From: Eledone cirrhosa
Taxonomy: Eukaryota
DNA length: 64,000 bases
Direction of reading: 5' to 3'
NCBI GenBank assembly: GCA_964016885.1
Contig: OZ024744.1
Coordinates: 46,562,001 to 46,626,000, forward strand
The notes below the pieces were generated by a model. It saw only the letters and a program-made list of their open reading frames with translations, ran no database searches and had not been told where the DNA came from. Below, piece by piece: positions 25,900-39,460 of the stretch; the stretch's first letter is position 1; each line of letters begins with the position of its first letter. The position numbers were made by a program, and so were the translations under genes.

Positions 25900-26400
25900 A
25901 ACACTGCAACACAAACCGTCTTCTAACAATCAAATACCTCGCTGCTTTCAATAATTACCAAATTGTAGACATACTGCCTTTTTGAAATTCATAACACCAT
26001 ACTTTTCGACTGTAAACGTTGTGACCACTTTGAGCTGCACGGTATTGAAATTTCTATGCCACCGTAATGAATGCTGTGGTTCGTTCTCTGCATCTCCTGC
26101 AATAGACGTTGCCTCAATATTTGCTTTCTGTCGCAGTGAGTGTTGAGAATCGTTTTCTACACCTCAAGCAGCAGCAGTTGCCTCAGCATTTATTTGTTGT
26201 CGCATCGAACGTTGTGTTTCGTTTTCTGCATCTCGTGCAATAGAAGTTGCTTCAGCATTTTTCTTTTGGCGTAATAATCGCTAATCGTTATTCTCTGTTA
26301 CTTTTGCAATCGAAGTTGGTGCAGAATGTGTTGAGGAATTTTGAGCGTCCTTAATGTTTGGTCTATGTCACTGCAATCAGTCTAAGGAAAGCAACGTCAC
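25900..26400 (-). pseudogene. Possible Helitron RepHel N-terminal repeat region, inverted
   Basis: Minus strand shows ~69-bp repeats (ATSIARDAENETQRSMRQ / ATSIAGDAENEPQHSLR) leading to EDGLCCS, similar to Helitron N-terminal repeats plus zinc finger. Confidence 0.45.
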
Positions 26401-26815
26401 AGTTTCTCTTGGCTGCCACAACTATACAGAATGGTAAGCATTTCAAACTACATAAATCATTAGAATACCTACATATACGCAATGCATAACGAAAAATGTA
26501 CATGTTTCTACTGTAGCAAACGTATGGCACCCCCCTCATTTGTACCTTTCACTCAAAGTCGTCATACATTATCTCCGTCATCCGCAACGACTTCAGTCCC
26601 TGAATTGCCAACATCCTACATTATTGTCATAAATTCCATGTGACTCACTTTTGGGCTGCTGACTTCCTTGTGGCATAGTTCGCGTTTGGAGCTCCACCGC
26701 GTCAACGTCACACTTTTACACTCATTTACCTTTCATATGCCATAACATTTTACCGTTTTTACATCGAACAACACATACTTCTTATGGTTAAAAATAAATG
26801 TGTCTGATATTTATT

Positions 26816-27229
26816 GTATCTATAATTGTCTCATCTTTATTGCTATGAGTGCGTGTTACAACTAGGAAATAAGACATACCTTTTGAAATAATATAATATG
26901 TATAATTGGTATTATTAGTTGTAGAATGTGACAAAAGTAGAAACAATTATTAGTTGTAGAATTGGCGACGAGGTGAGAGAATAAGTTAGTCTCCATATGG
27001 TGTCATTGGTTTTCTGTTCCGAAGTTGAAGTCGCCTCTGAGAAAGTTTCTCTTAATATGTTCACTCCACATGGTGTGGTAAAAATGAAAAGTGGGAGAAT
27101 GCAAAATTACATCTTAACTCCTGGATGGCTAGCTTTGTAAGATAGCGGGTACTTTCAGTTTCTCAATTTATAGTCTCCATGGGACGTAACTCTCATTAAC
27201 TCCCCTTCTCGTCCCAAGGAGTCACTACA
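26816..27229 (-). repeat. 3' LTR (distal end lost)
   Basis: Colinear with 31828-32206, with many substitutions. Confidence 0.9.
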
Positions 27230-27439
27230 ATACCTTCCTCCAGACGATAGGCGAACAACCCGAAGGTAATTGTAGCGAACCCGCAAGAATGGGATCAAAG
27301 AAAAGGTATGAAAAAGGTATATTCATATACAATACACAAAAAAGACACTCTATAGTTAAAGAAGACTTTCAACTGTTTAGGAACAAGATAAAGAAAAGCA
27401 TGTAATACACAATACAAAAAAGGCTCCATAGTGGCCAGT

Positions 27440-30400
27440 TCAGATGAAAACTGTTTGACAAAGTCTTTTGGGCCAGTGGACTCTTCGACCAGAACGGGTC
27501 GTGGTCTTGTATGTAGGTGAAGGTGGGACAGAAGGAGCAGGTGTATGTACAATAGAGAAAGATGGGAGTATTAGTGGCTCAGGCGTATGAGCGTCTGTGA
27601 ATGCCCTTTTCAGTCTGTCAACCCAAATTGTCTCTCTTGATCCCTTAATGTCTACAGTGAAATGTTTGTCAGTACGTGCTAACACATGGTAGGGTCCAGA
27701 GTACGGTTCTGTGAGAAGTGGTCTAACAACGTCGTCTCTGACAAAGACATGTGTCCACGAGGCAATATCCCTCGGGACTGCAATTTTAATAGTTTGTTTC
27801 CTGGTATCCATAGGCGGTAAGTCCTGAAAATATGAGCGCAAACGAGATACGTAGGAAAGGGGAACTTGATTAGCAAGATCGACAGGTGCAAGCATTTGCC
27901 CAGGCAACGCTAGAGGGGCACCATACAATAATTCAGCCGGGGAGAACCCATGGTCCTCCTTTATTGAAGACCGAATTCCTAACAACACAATAGGAAGGTA
28001 CTCGCTCCAACGTAGAGAGTCTGGATAGGCACGAAGAGCAGTCTTTAATTGGCGGTGAAAACGCTCCACCATTCCGTTTGAAGCAGGATAAGATGTGGTC
28101 CGAATGCGTTGAGTGCCAATAATTTTTGTTAACTCCGAGAAAAGATGTAATTCGAATTGCCTACCACGGTCTGTAGTAATTGTGGTTGGCACGCCATAGC
28201 GGGCAATCCACGTGTGGGCACGCGCTATCGTGTCGGCGGTAATGTCCTTTAAGGGGATGGCTTCAGGCCATCGCGAAAAACGATCAATGCAGGTCAAAAG
28301 GTAAGAATATCCACTACTGACTGGCCAAGGTCCGACGATATCGATGTGGATGTGTCGAAAACGAGCATCCGGAGTACTGAAAGTACCAAGTGGAGTCCGG
28401 ATGTGTCTGTGGACTTTAGATTTTTGACACTGTATGCAGGAACGGCACCAAGCAATCATTTCGCGCCTCATATTTGGCCAGAAAAATCTAGCCGTTATGA
28501 GCTTTACTGTGGCTGAAGATCCTGGGTAAGAAATGCTGTGCAAAGCAAGGAACACAATTCGACGGTGAGTCTCGGGAACATAAGGTCGTGGTGAATCCAT
28601 AGATACATCGCAGAGAATATGCCTGTCGGTAGTCGACAAGGGCAGATATTTCAGTTTGCAAGTCGCAAATTCGGCTGATGAAGTATCCAACGGTTCGAGT
28701 GCAGGTTGGTCTGCTGCCAAACGACTTAGATCTATCTCCTGGGATGACGAAATCGAGCTGATTGGCAAGCGTGACAAGGCGTCTGCAGCTGTATTTAGTG
28801 AGCCTGAAATGTGCTGGATATCATTGGTAAACTGCGAAATGTAATAGAGGTTCCTTGTCTCTCTGGGCGAATATCTATCGGCTTTAGCCCTCAAAGTGAA
28901 GGTCAGAGGTTTGTGGTCAGTGAAAACCGTAAAATTTCTTCCCTCAACAATATGAGATATATATATGGCTAATAACTCCCGACCAAACGTGTTGTAACTG
29001 GTTTCTGCCTGTTTCAGCTTCCTGGAGAAGAATGCCAAAAGTTGCTGGTGGTCAGCGTTCTACTGTTGTAAAACTGCTCCCACAGCGGTATCAGATGCAT
29101 CGACACAAAGCGAAAGCTTGGCATCGGGTACTGGGTGGGCTAGCAAAGATGAATTAGCAAGTGTTGTCTTGGCAGTCTGGAAATCTTCGAGTTGTGCTTG
29201 TGTCAAGGAAATATCATCATTCTTCTTACGACGATCTTTCAAAATCTCGGTAAGGGAAAACAGTAATTTTGCACATTGAAGAACGAAACGTTATTAAAAA
29301 TTGATTAGGCTTAGGAAGTGTCGCAACTGGCGAAGTGAGGTAGGCAGAGGTAAATCCTGTATAGCCTTAACTCGCTGTGGAAGGGGTCGAATACCCTCGG
29401 CGTCGATGATGTCACCTAAAAAATTCAGTGAAGCGGATCCGAAAACACACTTTACGGGATTCACTCGAAAGCGGTAATCCTGGAGTCGGCAAAATAAAAG
29501 GTTCAGGTGACGCATATGCTCTTCTGGAGAGGAATTAATGACGAGAAGATCATCTATATATGCATAAACGAACTCCAAGCCACGAGTGACTTCGTCTATG
29601 AACCGCTGAAAAGTGCTAGCGGCATTCCTAAGTCCGAAAGGCATGTTTAAAAACTCGAAGGATCCGAAGGGAGTCGTAATAGCTGTTTTCGGGATGTCTT
29701 ACTTCCTGACTGGTATTTGGTGGTAAGCTAGCACTAAATCGAGTTTGGAGAAAATCTTACCACCCTACAACGATGATGCAAAATCCTGGAGGTGGGGAAT
29801 CGGATATCTATCCGGGACTGTCATCGCGTTTAATCTCCTATAATCCCCAGTGGGTCTCCAGTCGCCAGAAGTCTTGGCCACCATATGTAACGGAGAAGCC
29901 CAAGGACTCGTAGATGGGTGAATAATGCCCAGCTGCAGCATATGGTCGAACTCGGACCGTGCTGCCTTTAACTTGTCCACCGGTAAACAACGTGGACGTG
30001 AAAATACTGGAGCACTGGTTGTGGAAATAAAATGTTCGGTTGAGTGAGTTGGCTCGGTAACTCGAACATTTCCATCGATGAGCTCCGGGAACGATTCCAA
30101 CAACCAATAGTAGGCGTTTCCAGCGGCAGCGATGAAGAAGTTTGGGCTAACCCTTGAAGCACCGGCTCTTCGGCCACGAATTGAGAAACCGGTGATGTCA
30201 TCCACTAGACGTTGGCCTCGGACATCCACAGTCAAGGAGAAATTGTGGAGGAAATCCGCTCCTAAGATTGGGTATGCAAGTCAGCGACCGTAAAAATCCA
30301 TTTAAAATCCCTTCAAAGATTTTGGAATTTGAGGGGAAGCGAGATTTGTCCGTCCGTCTTTATAGGCGAGTAGTTAATGGCCTGCAGAGTGACGGATGAC

Positions 30401-30500
30401 TCCGCGGGGTATCCTTTAGGCTATGGACCGGCCAAATACTACAGGAGGCTACTGTATCCATGAGGAAGGCTCTTCCAGACAGGAGATCCTTGATGAAGAA
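27440..30500 (-). pseudogene. pol: Gypsy pol (protease, RT, RNase H, integrase), disrupted
   Basis: [91 protein letters not shown]. Confidence 0.93.
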
Positions 30501-30559
30501 GGAGCGGTTTGGGTGCTTTACGCTTAGGTTAACTGCCGCCCTCAGGGAACCTGTGTCGT

Positions 30560-31346
30560 TTCCCGACTTCACAAAAGAACAAGTCTGTACACAGCGGTTC
30601 GCGTTCTCAGCAAAACGCTCGTGGTACCAGCATAAAGATGAAGCTGGTGACCTGGGACGGTGTCTGACAGAGGTATATCTACTGCGGCTGCGAGAGCGTG
30701 AACGAACATTACCAGAGGCCTACAGCTTCTGTAGCTCCAGAGTGAGTTCTTGAGTAGCTTTTTGCATAGCCATTATAGCTGCACTGTCTGCATGAGATGC
30801 CGCGCAGGTGGCATGGCCAGGTGTGGCCTGAGGTGGGGGAGAAACAGTAGGAAGGGCCTAGCTGCCTCCAGCACCCGTGACCTCAAAAACCTTGTCCGCA
30901 GAGAAGGCCAGTTGGTCCAAAGAACATACATCTCTAATGGGGGCCAAAATTGCTTAAACGTTGGTCGGTATCCGCGAGAGAAACAACTGCTTCAACATCG
31001 CGGTTTCCGCTACCGACCCCTCTGTTAGGTCTTTCATCGGACGTAAGAGGTCCGATGGAGTGCCATCCCCGATATGCTCTAAATGAACCAGAGCTCTAAA
31101 GCGTTTCTCGGTGGACTGTGCAGTCCGGCTGAGTATTTCAGCCTTCAACAACTTATAAGTAGCGTCAGTCGGTGTCTCCAATACGAGATCCTTAATAGTT
31201 GGGAGAAGTGCCGGAGGAATGGCATTAAGGACGAGGGGACGTTGCTGTGCCTCAGCGATGTTGTTAGCCTCGAAAAATGCTTCCATTTCAGCGAACCATA
31301 ATTTCACGTCACCCGTATAAGTAGGGAGAATAGATTGGGCTGCCAT
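30560..31346 (-). pseudogene. gag: Gypsy gag, disrupted
   Basis: LWFAEMEAFF...YKLLKAEIL...IGDGTPSDLLR...LKQLFLSRIP, and a CHCC motif near 30580-30635. Confidence 0.85.
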
Positions 31347-31720
31347 TGGTGCAATCTCAATACGCGGCAAAATGCGTCTCCGTAAAGAAAAATACCTCGA
31401 ACCCAAGGGAAAAAGAAAATAAACCCACTTGTTTTTGTATTTGTTTTTTGTCTTTTCTTCAAACAACCGGACAGGAAAAAGAATGTATCCGAAATATTGT
31501 ATAAGTGAGCGACTAAGCAAACAATGGCATTATCTATACATCTACAGAGAACTTAAAGCAAAAACCAACATGGCGCACGGTTTCGCGCAAAAAAAACTTT
31601 TGAAGAAGAAAGCCGCCATCTTGACATCTTCAAAAATTTCACCAAAATAAAAAAAAAAACGTCAAACACTTGTTTTTTTTTAATGGTATATTTTCCATAT
31701 ACCCACGTCTGGGACACCAC

Positions 31721-32206
31721 TTTAACAAGCATAAAAGTTCGTCGATTTTTATTTAGTGTTTACGTTATTTGGTCATAAATTTAGGAATAAAGTAATTAAA
31801 TGAGACATGCTGAAATATTTCACACGGGTGTCTATAATTGTCTCATCTTTATTGTTATGAGTGTTTGTTATAACTTGGAAATAGGACATACCTTTTGAAA
31901 TAATATAATATGTATAATTGGTATCATTAGTTGTTGAATTGGCGACGGGGTGAGAGAACACGTTAGTCTCCACATGGTGTTATTGGTTTTCTGTTCCGAA
32001 GTTGAAGTCGCCTGAGAGAGAGTTGCTCTTAATATGTTCACTCCATATGGTGTGGTAAAAATGAAAAGTGGGAGAAGGCAAAATTACATCTTAACTCCTG
32101 GAAGGCTAGCTTTGTAAGAGAGGAAGTACTTTCATGTTCTCAATTTATAGTCTCCATGGGACGTAACTCTCATTAACTCTCCTTCTCGCCCCAAGGGGTC
32201 ACTACA
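31721..32206 (-). repeat. 5' LTR
   Basis: Ends ...gtcactaca on the plus strand and is adjacent to the PBS. Confidence 0.88.
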
Positions 32207-33628
32207 ACAGTATGCCACAGCACACTACAATATACCACACCACAGTGTGCCACACCACAGTATACCACACCACACTATAATATACCACACCACACTACAA
32301 TATACCACACCACACCACACTACAGTATACCACACGACACTGCAATATCAACACCACACCACACCCCACGCCACACTACAATATAGAAAACCACACTACC
32401 CTATACAACATCACATTGGATTGGCAGTATCGGTAGAGGGTCTGACGCCATGTCTTGCAGCAAAGAGCTACGGCCCTTTATAGTCTGAGTTCAAATCCCG
32501 CCGAGGTTAACTTTGCCTTTCATCCTTACGGGGTCGATAAAATAAAGTACCAGTAATACACTGGGATAATTGCTGGCCTTGTGCCAAAAGTAGAAACAAT
32601 TACTATGTACCACCCCACAATACAATATACCACACCACATCACACGCCACCATTCCACACCACACCATACTACAGTATACCACACCACGCTACATTATAC
32701 CACACTACACTACAATACACCACACCATACTACAGTATACCACACCACACCACACTACAATATACCACCCCACACTAAGGATATCACATGACACTACACT
32801 ATACCACACCTCATACAATATAACACACCACACTGCACCACTCCACACTACAAAATACCACACCACACTACAATACAATATACCGCATACACTACAACAT
32901 ACCACAACACACTACAGTATACGTAACCACTCAACACTATACAACACTACACTACAATATACCACACCACATTATACCTTACTACACTACAATATACCAC
33001 ACCACACTACAATATACCACACCGTACTACAATATACCACACCACATTATACCTTACTACACTACAATATACCACACCACACTACAATATACCACACCGT
33101 ACTACACTATACCACACCACATTATACCTTACTACACTACAATATACCAAACCACACTACAATATACCACACCACGCTACATTATACCACACTACACTAC
33201 AATACACCACACCATACTACAGTATACCACACCACGCTACAATGTACCACCCCACACTAATGATATCACATGACACTACACTAAACCACACCTCATACAA
33301 TATAACACACCACACTGCACCACTCCACACTACAAAATACAATACCACACTACAATACAATATACCACACCACAATATACCGCATAAACTACAGCATACC
33401 ACAACACACTACAGTATACGTAACCACTCAACACTATACAACACTACACTACAATATACCACACCGTACTACAATATACCACACCACATTATACCTTACT
33501 ACACTACAATATACCACACCACACTACAATATACCACACCACACTACAAAATACCACACCACAGTACACTTCAATAAACAACACTACACTACAATATACC
33601 ACATTCCACTACAATATACCACACCACG
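32207..33628. repeat. Pentamer satellite (same family as 23.1-25.2 kb) with an internal duplicated block
   Basis: Same units; 32690-33000 is repeated at ~33177-33500. Confidence 0.92.
32415..32603 (+). mobile_element. tRNA-like SINE inserted in the satellite
   Basis: ggattggcagtatcggtagag...gagttcaaatccc (box A/B-like)...gggtcgataaaataaagtaccag...gtagaaacaatta. Confidence 0.9.
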
Positions 33629-33720
33629 CTTTTCCAGCGCGTCTCCCTTGCCGTCGTCCGGGAAAACGCCTTCTCCATTCTGTCCACCGGGGCTGTGGGG
33701 AGGCCACCGATATGATTAAC
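33628..33720 (+). mobile_element. CRE-like LINE 3' tip
   Basis: LFQRVSLAVVRENAFSILSTG, compared with LFQRISLAILRG at 35.0 kb. Confidence 0.65.
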
Positions 33721-33821
33721 TGACTTATCATTTTATCAGTCAGATACACACATATATATATACTGAATAATTTAAAAAAAAATAAAGTTAGTTATTGTTT
33801 AGGAAAAAACAAACAAAAAAT

Positions 33822-34310
33822 AACACTGAACATAAAGTATGTCCCCCACCCGAAAAAGCAGTGGATTCGGCTGCTATTTCTAGCAAGTGGACCATCTCTT
33901 TAACTAGACTGAGACACATTTCAATATTAAAACAGAACGTCCAGACACATGAAGTGAAACGAAGTTAGTTGTTGAAAATAAACAGGACAGAATAGTTAAT
34001 TGAGATAGATATAAAATCTACTTTACTTCAGAGAAGGAAAAAGGAATATGATTACTACTAATCATAAAAGTACAAAGTTGTATGTAAACATTAAAAATGA
34101 ATACCGTGTTTTCGAATAGAAGGTGGCAGGCTATCGTCCGTCATTTCTATCACCATAGAAGTTGAACACCAAGTCACCAGAGAAGGTGTCGTCTCTTTTT
34201 CGACAGAAAATTCTCTCTCTGTCCTCATTCCATGACAGCCTATTTATCGAAAGCTGGTTATTATTTGCTCAAAGGTTGATGACCTCCCGCTGAGTTCTCT
34301 TTCAAAGGAG
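33822..34310 (+). repeat. Third, partial copy of the composite block at 42.0-42.5 kb and 46.5-47.05 kb
   Basis: actgaacataaagt...gctgctatttctagcaag...catagaagtt...gatgacctcc is shared. Confidence 0.88.
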
Positions 34311-34319
34311 CGCATATAC

Positions 34320-34572
34320 TGGAGAACAGAGAGCCCTTCGCCTGTCCAGTCGTTCGGGGACTGCTCAAGTTATTTGGTCACATCAGGTTTGGCTGTCTTG
34401 CTGAGGAGTTTCTGACTGGAGGGGATTGAGGAGAGATAGGCCAGTAGTGCCAAATCCGAAGCGGATCGAAGGCCGAGGCCACCGAACCTCACTCAAAGCT
34501 TCACCTCTTCCCAGTCGGTGCAGTCGAAACTGACATTGCAGATGAGTTTTGCACAACGTCGGATGGTGGCTT
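34320..34572 (-). mobile_element. CRE-like LINE fragment
   Basis: Reverse complement resembles 40750-41005 (TIRRCAKLICNVSFD). Confidence 0.8.
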
Positions 34573-34994
34573 GAAAGCATTTGCAATACCTATATGTCGT
34601 ACCTATCTTCGAGTCTTTGACATTTTTATGGGTTCTCCATGATTTCATTTCATTAGGACTGTAAGTGAATGTTATAAATATACAGCGCTACCTACTTCTT
34701 GTGCATTGAGTACTCCATCATTATTTAGAGAATATTTTAAAAGCGAATACTCTCCGAACTTTAGCTTAGTTTGGTACTGTTTAATATACAATAATCGTTG
34801 AAACTCAATTTTGGAATACATATCAACTAAATATATTTGGAAAAAATGATTTACATCTTACAATTTTATTCCAAATGATTTAACAGAACTACGTAGTTCA
34901 GCATACCTTGATCTTTTTACTTCAGTTACAATTTCTTGTACCTCCCTATTCTGAGAATCTCTCTCGCCCTCCCCATCTCTCTGTATGGTGAGCA

Positions 34995-35650
34995 AATGGG
35001 GTCCACGCAGGATGGCAAGGGAGATGCGCTGGAAGAGCCATTCCATCTTACGAGGCTCACACCGGCGGCTGTGCAGCTCAGCGCCTATGGTGGTGAGTAG
35101 GGAGGTAGCCCTAGGGCCAAGGACACCAGAACCTGTTGGACACCAGAACCTGTTGGAGAACGTCCGGTACTTGGAGAGCTTGGCCTCCTCAGCCCGACGT
35201 GCAGCAGAACCTGGGTTAGTCGCAGACTGCACCAGGTTGTGGTTGGAGAAAGTGTCGTTGTAAGTGGTATCCCAGAGGAGGGAACGAGAATATGGTCATA
35301 CCTTCCGGCCTTTTGCCGTCACCTCGGTTCAGCCCCACCGACTCGAGCTGAGAGGGGAAGCCTGCAGCGTCCAATCCAATCTTTATGATCTCGTTGAGGG
35401 CAGCATGGCGTGAAAGGCGGCCGGCACTGTGAAGACAGGAAAGCGGGTGGAGGCCGAAATACTCCACGGTGGATCCACAGCCACATTTGTGTGGCCCGCA
35501 GATCCGGAGGCCAAACCTCAGGGAAAGGCCAATGCGCAGGCTATCGTTATCCAGCTGCGTGCCAGTGGAGGAGGAGGGCATGGCATGGAACCAGGCACCA
35601 CTGTGGGGTTTTGAGGCCGCGCGAAAACAGGCATGGCGGTGCTGGAAATT
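34995..35650 (-). mobile_element. CRE-like non-LTR element, zinc finger plus RLE endonuclease
   Basis: HSGAWFHAMPSSSTGT.LD, CGCG...HPLSC, RHAALNEII, GDGKRPEGMT, AEEAKLSKY, LFQRISLA. Confidence 0.88.
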
Positions 35651-35979
35651 CATAACATTTACTTTCTCAACATATATTCATGAAAATTACTGAAAATTCC
35701 AGCATCTGAGGAGTTCTTCCATGTTTGTTTTGGAGAGTTTTCTAACATATTCTGAAATCTCTAAAACATAGACTTGTTATTGATTTGATCAGGATCCCTC
35801 CATCTCCTCCTCTCCTACTCCCCCTTCTCCTTCTCCTTCTCCTTCTTCTTCCAGTTATTCTTGTGAGGGTCATGGAGACAGAGTCCTCAATCACGCCTTC
35901 CAGAGGTTCCTGTCAGAAGCAACAGAGCTCATGGATGTTACTTCCCTTAAAACATGTTAACATACAAACATAATGTCCT

Positions 35980-38005
35980 CCAACGTTTGTTTTGTTCTTC
36001 CTCGACAATATCCAGCTGGAACTCCTCTCCGCTGGTTTTATGACTTTGGTCCTGTTCTACCCAGATCCTGAAAGTTGTTTCATGATATTGTAGGTAGATT
36101 TACCTACAAAACCTTTGGTTCCAACTTCTATGGTGATAACTTTGAGCCAGAAATTGACTTCCCCCTGGCTATTGTCCCAACGTATTTTCGGTGTTAAACA
36201 CGTGCCTCTTCTAGTCTACTGATGCAAGGTGAGTTGAATCAAAAGAATGGAGTATGATATCCGGCCTCAAGCCATTCTTTCTGGTGATTTCTAGTTGCTT
36301 TACCGATTCGGTGAGGTGTGCTGTACACACCCAGTCCTCTGTACCACCCAGAAGACTCTATTCCCGTGCCCTGTATGATAGAGCTACTCCTGGCCATGAT
36401 TTTCTGCTCCCTCTCGTATAGAAGGTTGTTGGAGATTCTGTACTGCGGATTTTACATTAGCTATACTTACCTCATGTACGATCTCCTTATGATTGTGTTT
36501 CTATGTGTATCTTCCTTGGGCTAGTGCTACTCTGTATTAGGTCAGAATGTGTTCCACTATCTGTCTACCCTGGCAGAATGGGCACTCAAGGTTATTTGAT
36601 TTTCCCCACTTCACTAGGTCCATATTCGATGGCAGGATACCATAGAGAGATCTGAGGAGTAAATTGAACACAAGAGGTGCTATATGTCACACGTCATTCC
36701 GAAATACTCTGGATTGCACATTCCCACGTCATCCATTGGCCCTGTCGATTCTACTGTACTGTCTTCTGGCATCTTCTTCTTTGTTCACCCCCTGTAAAAT
36801 CATATCTCTCTTCATCTTTTCCCTAGGCTCTTACCCCTCTGCCCATGAATATGAGTGTGTCCCATATTTTCTTTGCATCTACCGTCTCATAAACTTTCCA
36901 CTTACTGCCTGCCATCAGCTTTCATCAAATCGCTCTCACGACATTGTCTTGCGAGTCATCAAGCTTGGTCAAGAGCCTTGCTTTTCCGACTTTGTATTCC
37001 TCAACGATGGCTTTGAGATGTAGCATCAACTTGGCCTGGCGACAGTAGAGTGCAACATCTGTGAGACTTGGTGGGACACCAAGCCACTTGTATCCTTGTT
37101 GATTTTGACCGTCATAACTTCCACTGTACTGGAGCTAATATCATATTTTAGCAGATATCTGAGAAGCTTTGGGATCAACGTAAACTGCAAACACTAAACC
37201 ACGTGTTTGCTAGAGAAGTCACATTGGTCTATGACATGCAGAACTTTTCCAACAACAGCTTGGTTCCGGTTTCTCTTTGGCCTTCAGAGAGTCATTATAA
37301 TATCTCCCGAGGCTCTTGCCAATACAAATGGTATAGGTTAGATTACACAGCCTATTGCTAACCTCTCAATTGATCCAGAAGAACCACATTGAGAACCCAT
37401 GATAATAGTTCTTTAGCAATTCCCTGATGTTCTTTGGAACATGATACATCTTGAGAGCAAGTTGGATCATCTTGTATGGGATCAAACTGTAGGTACTAGC
37501 CAGATCAATCCACACCTCATCAAGATCTCTCTTTAGCAGCTTTAGTTCTTAGATTGCTTCCCAAACCATTGAGGCATGCTCTAAACAATCAGACTCTCCA
37601 TGGATGACTCTCCCTTCTGACATGACATATTCAAGTACTTATTCTCTGTGAGGTCTCTAGTTAGCCTAGCTGCCATAACAATGAAGAATGTTCTTCCTTC
37701 AATGTTCCGATGTGTTTTTGGTCTGAATTTGTTTATACCGCTTGAGTTCTGCTCTTTCAGAATGTACACACCTTTGGTTCTCATCTATTGGTCACTGATC
37801 TTGAAGCTCTTCCAGGCAGATCTTATCATTTTGTGGAGCAACTCAAGGACTCTGGGACATTTCTTGTACAATAGATAGGGTATTACGTTTAGCCCCGGTA
37901 ATGATTTACCCCTGCTTTCCAAACTACCTTCCTTACTTTACCCAGAGTTTGGTGGCCTGTCATCGAACGATTCCTCTGGCACAGAGGGCCACACCAGACC
38001 CTGGT
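35980..38005 (-). mobile_element. Hero-like RLE non-LTR element, heavily decayed
   Basis: WIDLASTYSLIPY, LGVPPSLTDVALYC, CPFCQGRQIVEHIL...ALAQGRY, LRPDIIL, IEVGTKGFVG. Confidence 0.78.
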
Positions 38006-39095
38006 ATAATATGTATATATCTAGTGTCTGTATGTGTCTGTTTATGTATATGTAGGTGTAGATATGTGTATGTATGTAATATGTATATATCTAGTGTCTG
38101 TATGTGTCTGTGTATGTATATGTAGGTGTAGATATGTGTATGTATGTAATATGTATATATCTAGTGTCTGTATGTGTCTGTTTATGTATATGTATGTGTA
38201 GATATTTGTATGTATGTAATATGTATATATCTAGTGTCTGTGTACGTCTGTTTATGTATATGTAGGTGTAGATATGTGTATGTATGTAATATGTATATAT
38301 CTAGTGTCTGTATGTGTCTGTTTATGTATATGTATGTGTAGATATTTGTATGTATGTAATATGTATATATCTAGTGTCTGGATGTGTCTGTGTATGTATA
38401 TGTAGGTGTAGATATGTGTATGTATGTAATATGTATATATCTAGTGTCTGTATGTGTCTGTGTATGTATATGTATGTGTAGATATGTGTATGTATGTAAT
38501 ATGTATATATCTAGTGTATGTGTACGTCTGTTTATGTATATGTATGTGTAGATATGTGTGTATGTAATATGTATATATCTAGTGTATGTGTACGTCTGGT
38601 TATGTATATGTAGGTGTAGATATGTGTATGTATGTAATATGTATCTATCTAGTGTCTGTATGTGTCTGTTTATGTATATGTATGTGTAGATATGTGTATG
38701 TATGTAATATGTATATATCTAATGTCTGTCCGTCTGGTTATGTATATGTAGGTGTAGATATGTGTGTATGTAATATGTATATATCTAGTGTCTGGATGTG
38801 TCTGTTTATGTATATGTAGGTGTAGATATGTGTATGTATGTAATATGTATATATCTAGTGTCTGGATGTGTCTGTTTATGTATATGTATGTGTAGATATG
38901 TGTATGTAATATGTATATATCTAGTGTCTGGATGTGTCTGTTTATGTATATGTAGGTGTAGATATGTGTATGTATGTAATATGTAACTATCTAGTGTCTG
39001 TATGTGTCTGTTTATGTATATGTATGTGTAGATATGTGTATGTAATATGTATATATCTAGTGTCTGGATGTGTCTGTTTATGTATATAGATGTGT
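38006..39095. repeat. 70-bp minisatellite, about 16 copies
   Basis: ctagtgt recurs at 38021, 38091, 38161, 38231, 38301 and onward. Confidence 0.96.
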
Positions 39096-39127
39096 GTTTC
39101 TTTGTGACCAGTTTTTTTCTATATGAA

Positions 39128-39460
39128 TTTGTCACCCGATATTCGCGGGGGTTACGTTCCTAGAGCACCCGCGAAGAGTGGAAAACCGCGAATATTGAAC
39201 GTGGTCCATAAAAATCCCTATAAACGTCAAAATATAACGTACAATATAATAAAAAAAAGTGGGAGCGTCCAATAGGCCGGCCAATATGGTATAATGTTCT
39301 TGATAATTTAGAGTTAAAAATATATATATTGCCACGAAAAAAGCCATAAAAACATCATGGCAAATATCTACGATTCCGCGAATATACGGTGGTTTCCACA
39401 AACAATTATTATTTGTTCTCAGGAAAATAACCGCGACCGCGAATGTCGGACATACACTGG
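39128..39460. mobile_element. Tigger/pogo-like MITE
   Basis: Left end ccgatattcgcgggggttacgttcc, right end ccgcgaatgtcgga...cactg, with internal ccgcgaa repeats. Confidence 0.6.

Larger units (their letters stand above)
26816..32206 (-). mobile_element. Gypsy LTR retrotransposon (CsRN1-like), near full-length, degenerate
   Basis: LTRs at ~31721-32206 and 26816-27229 begin TGTAGTGA on the minus strand. PBS-like TGGTGTCCCAGACGTGGG at ~31702-31719 and PPT ctggaggaagg at 27233-27243. Order is gag-PR-RT-RH-IN, with gag motif CWYH..F...A..C...C. Confidence 0.95.

Noticed and set aside
32415-32510. tRNA gene
   Set aside because: Box A/B-like motifs belong to a multi-copy SINE head and no cloverleaf is apparent.
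38006-39095. 70-bp repeat as a CRISPR array
   Set aside because: It is a head-to-tail minisatellite without spacers.
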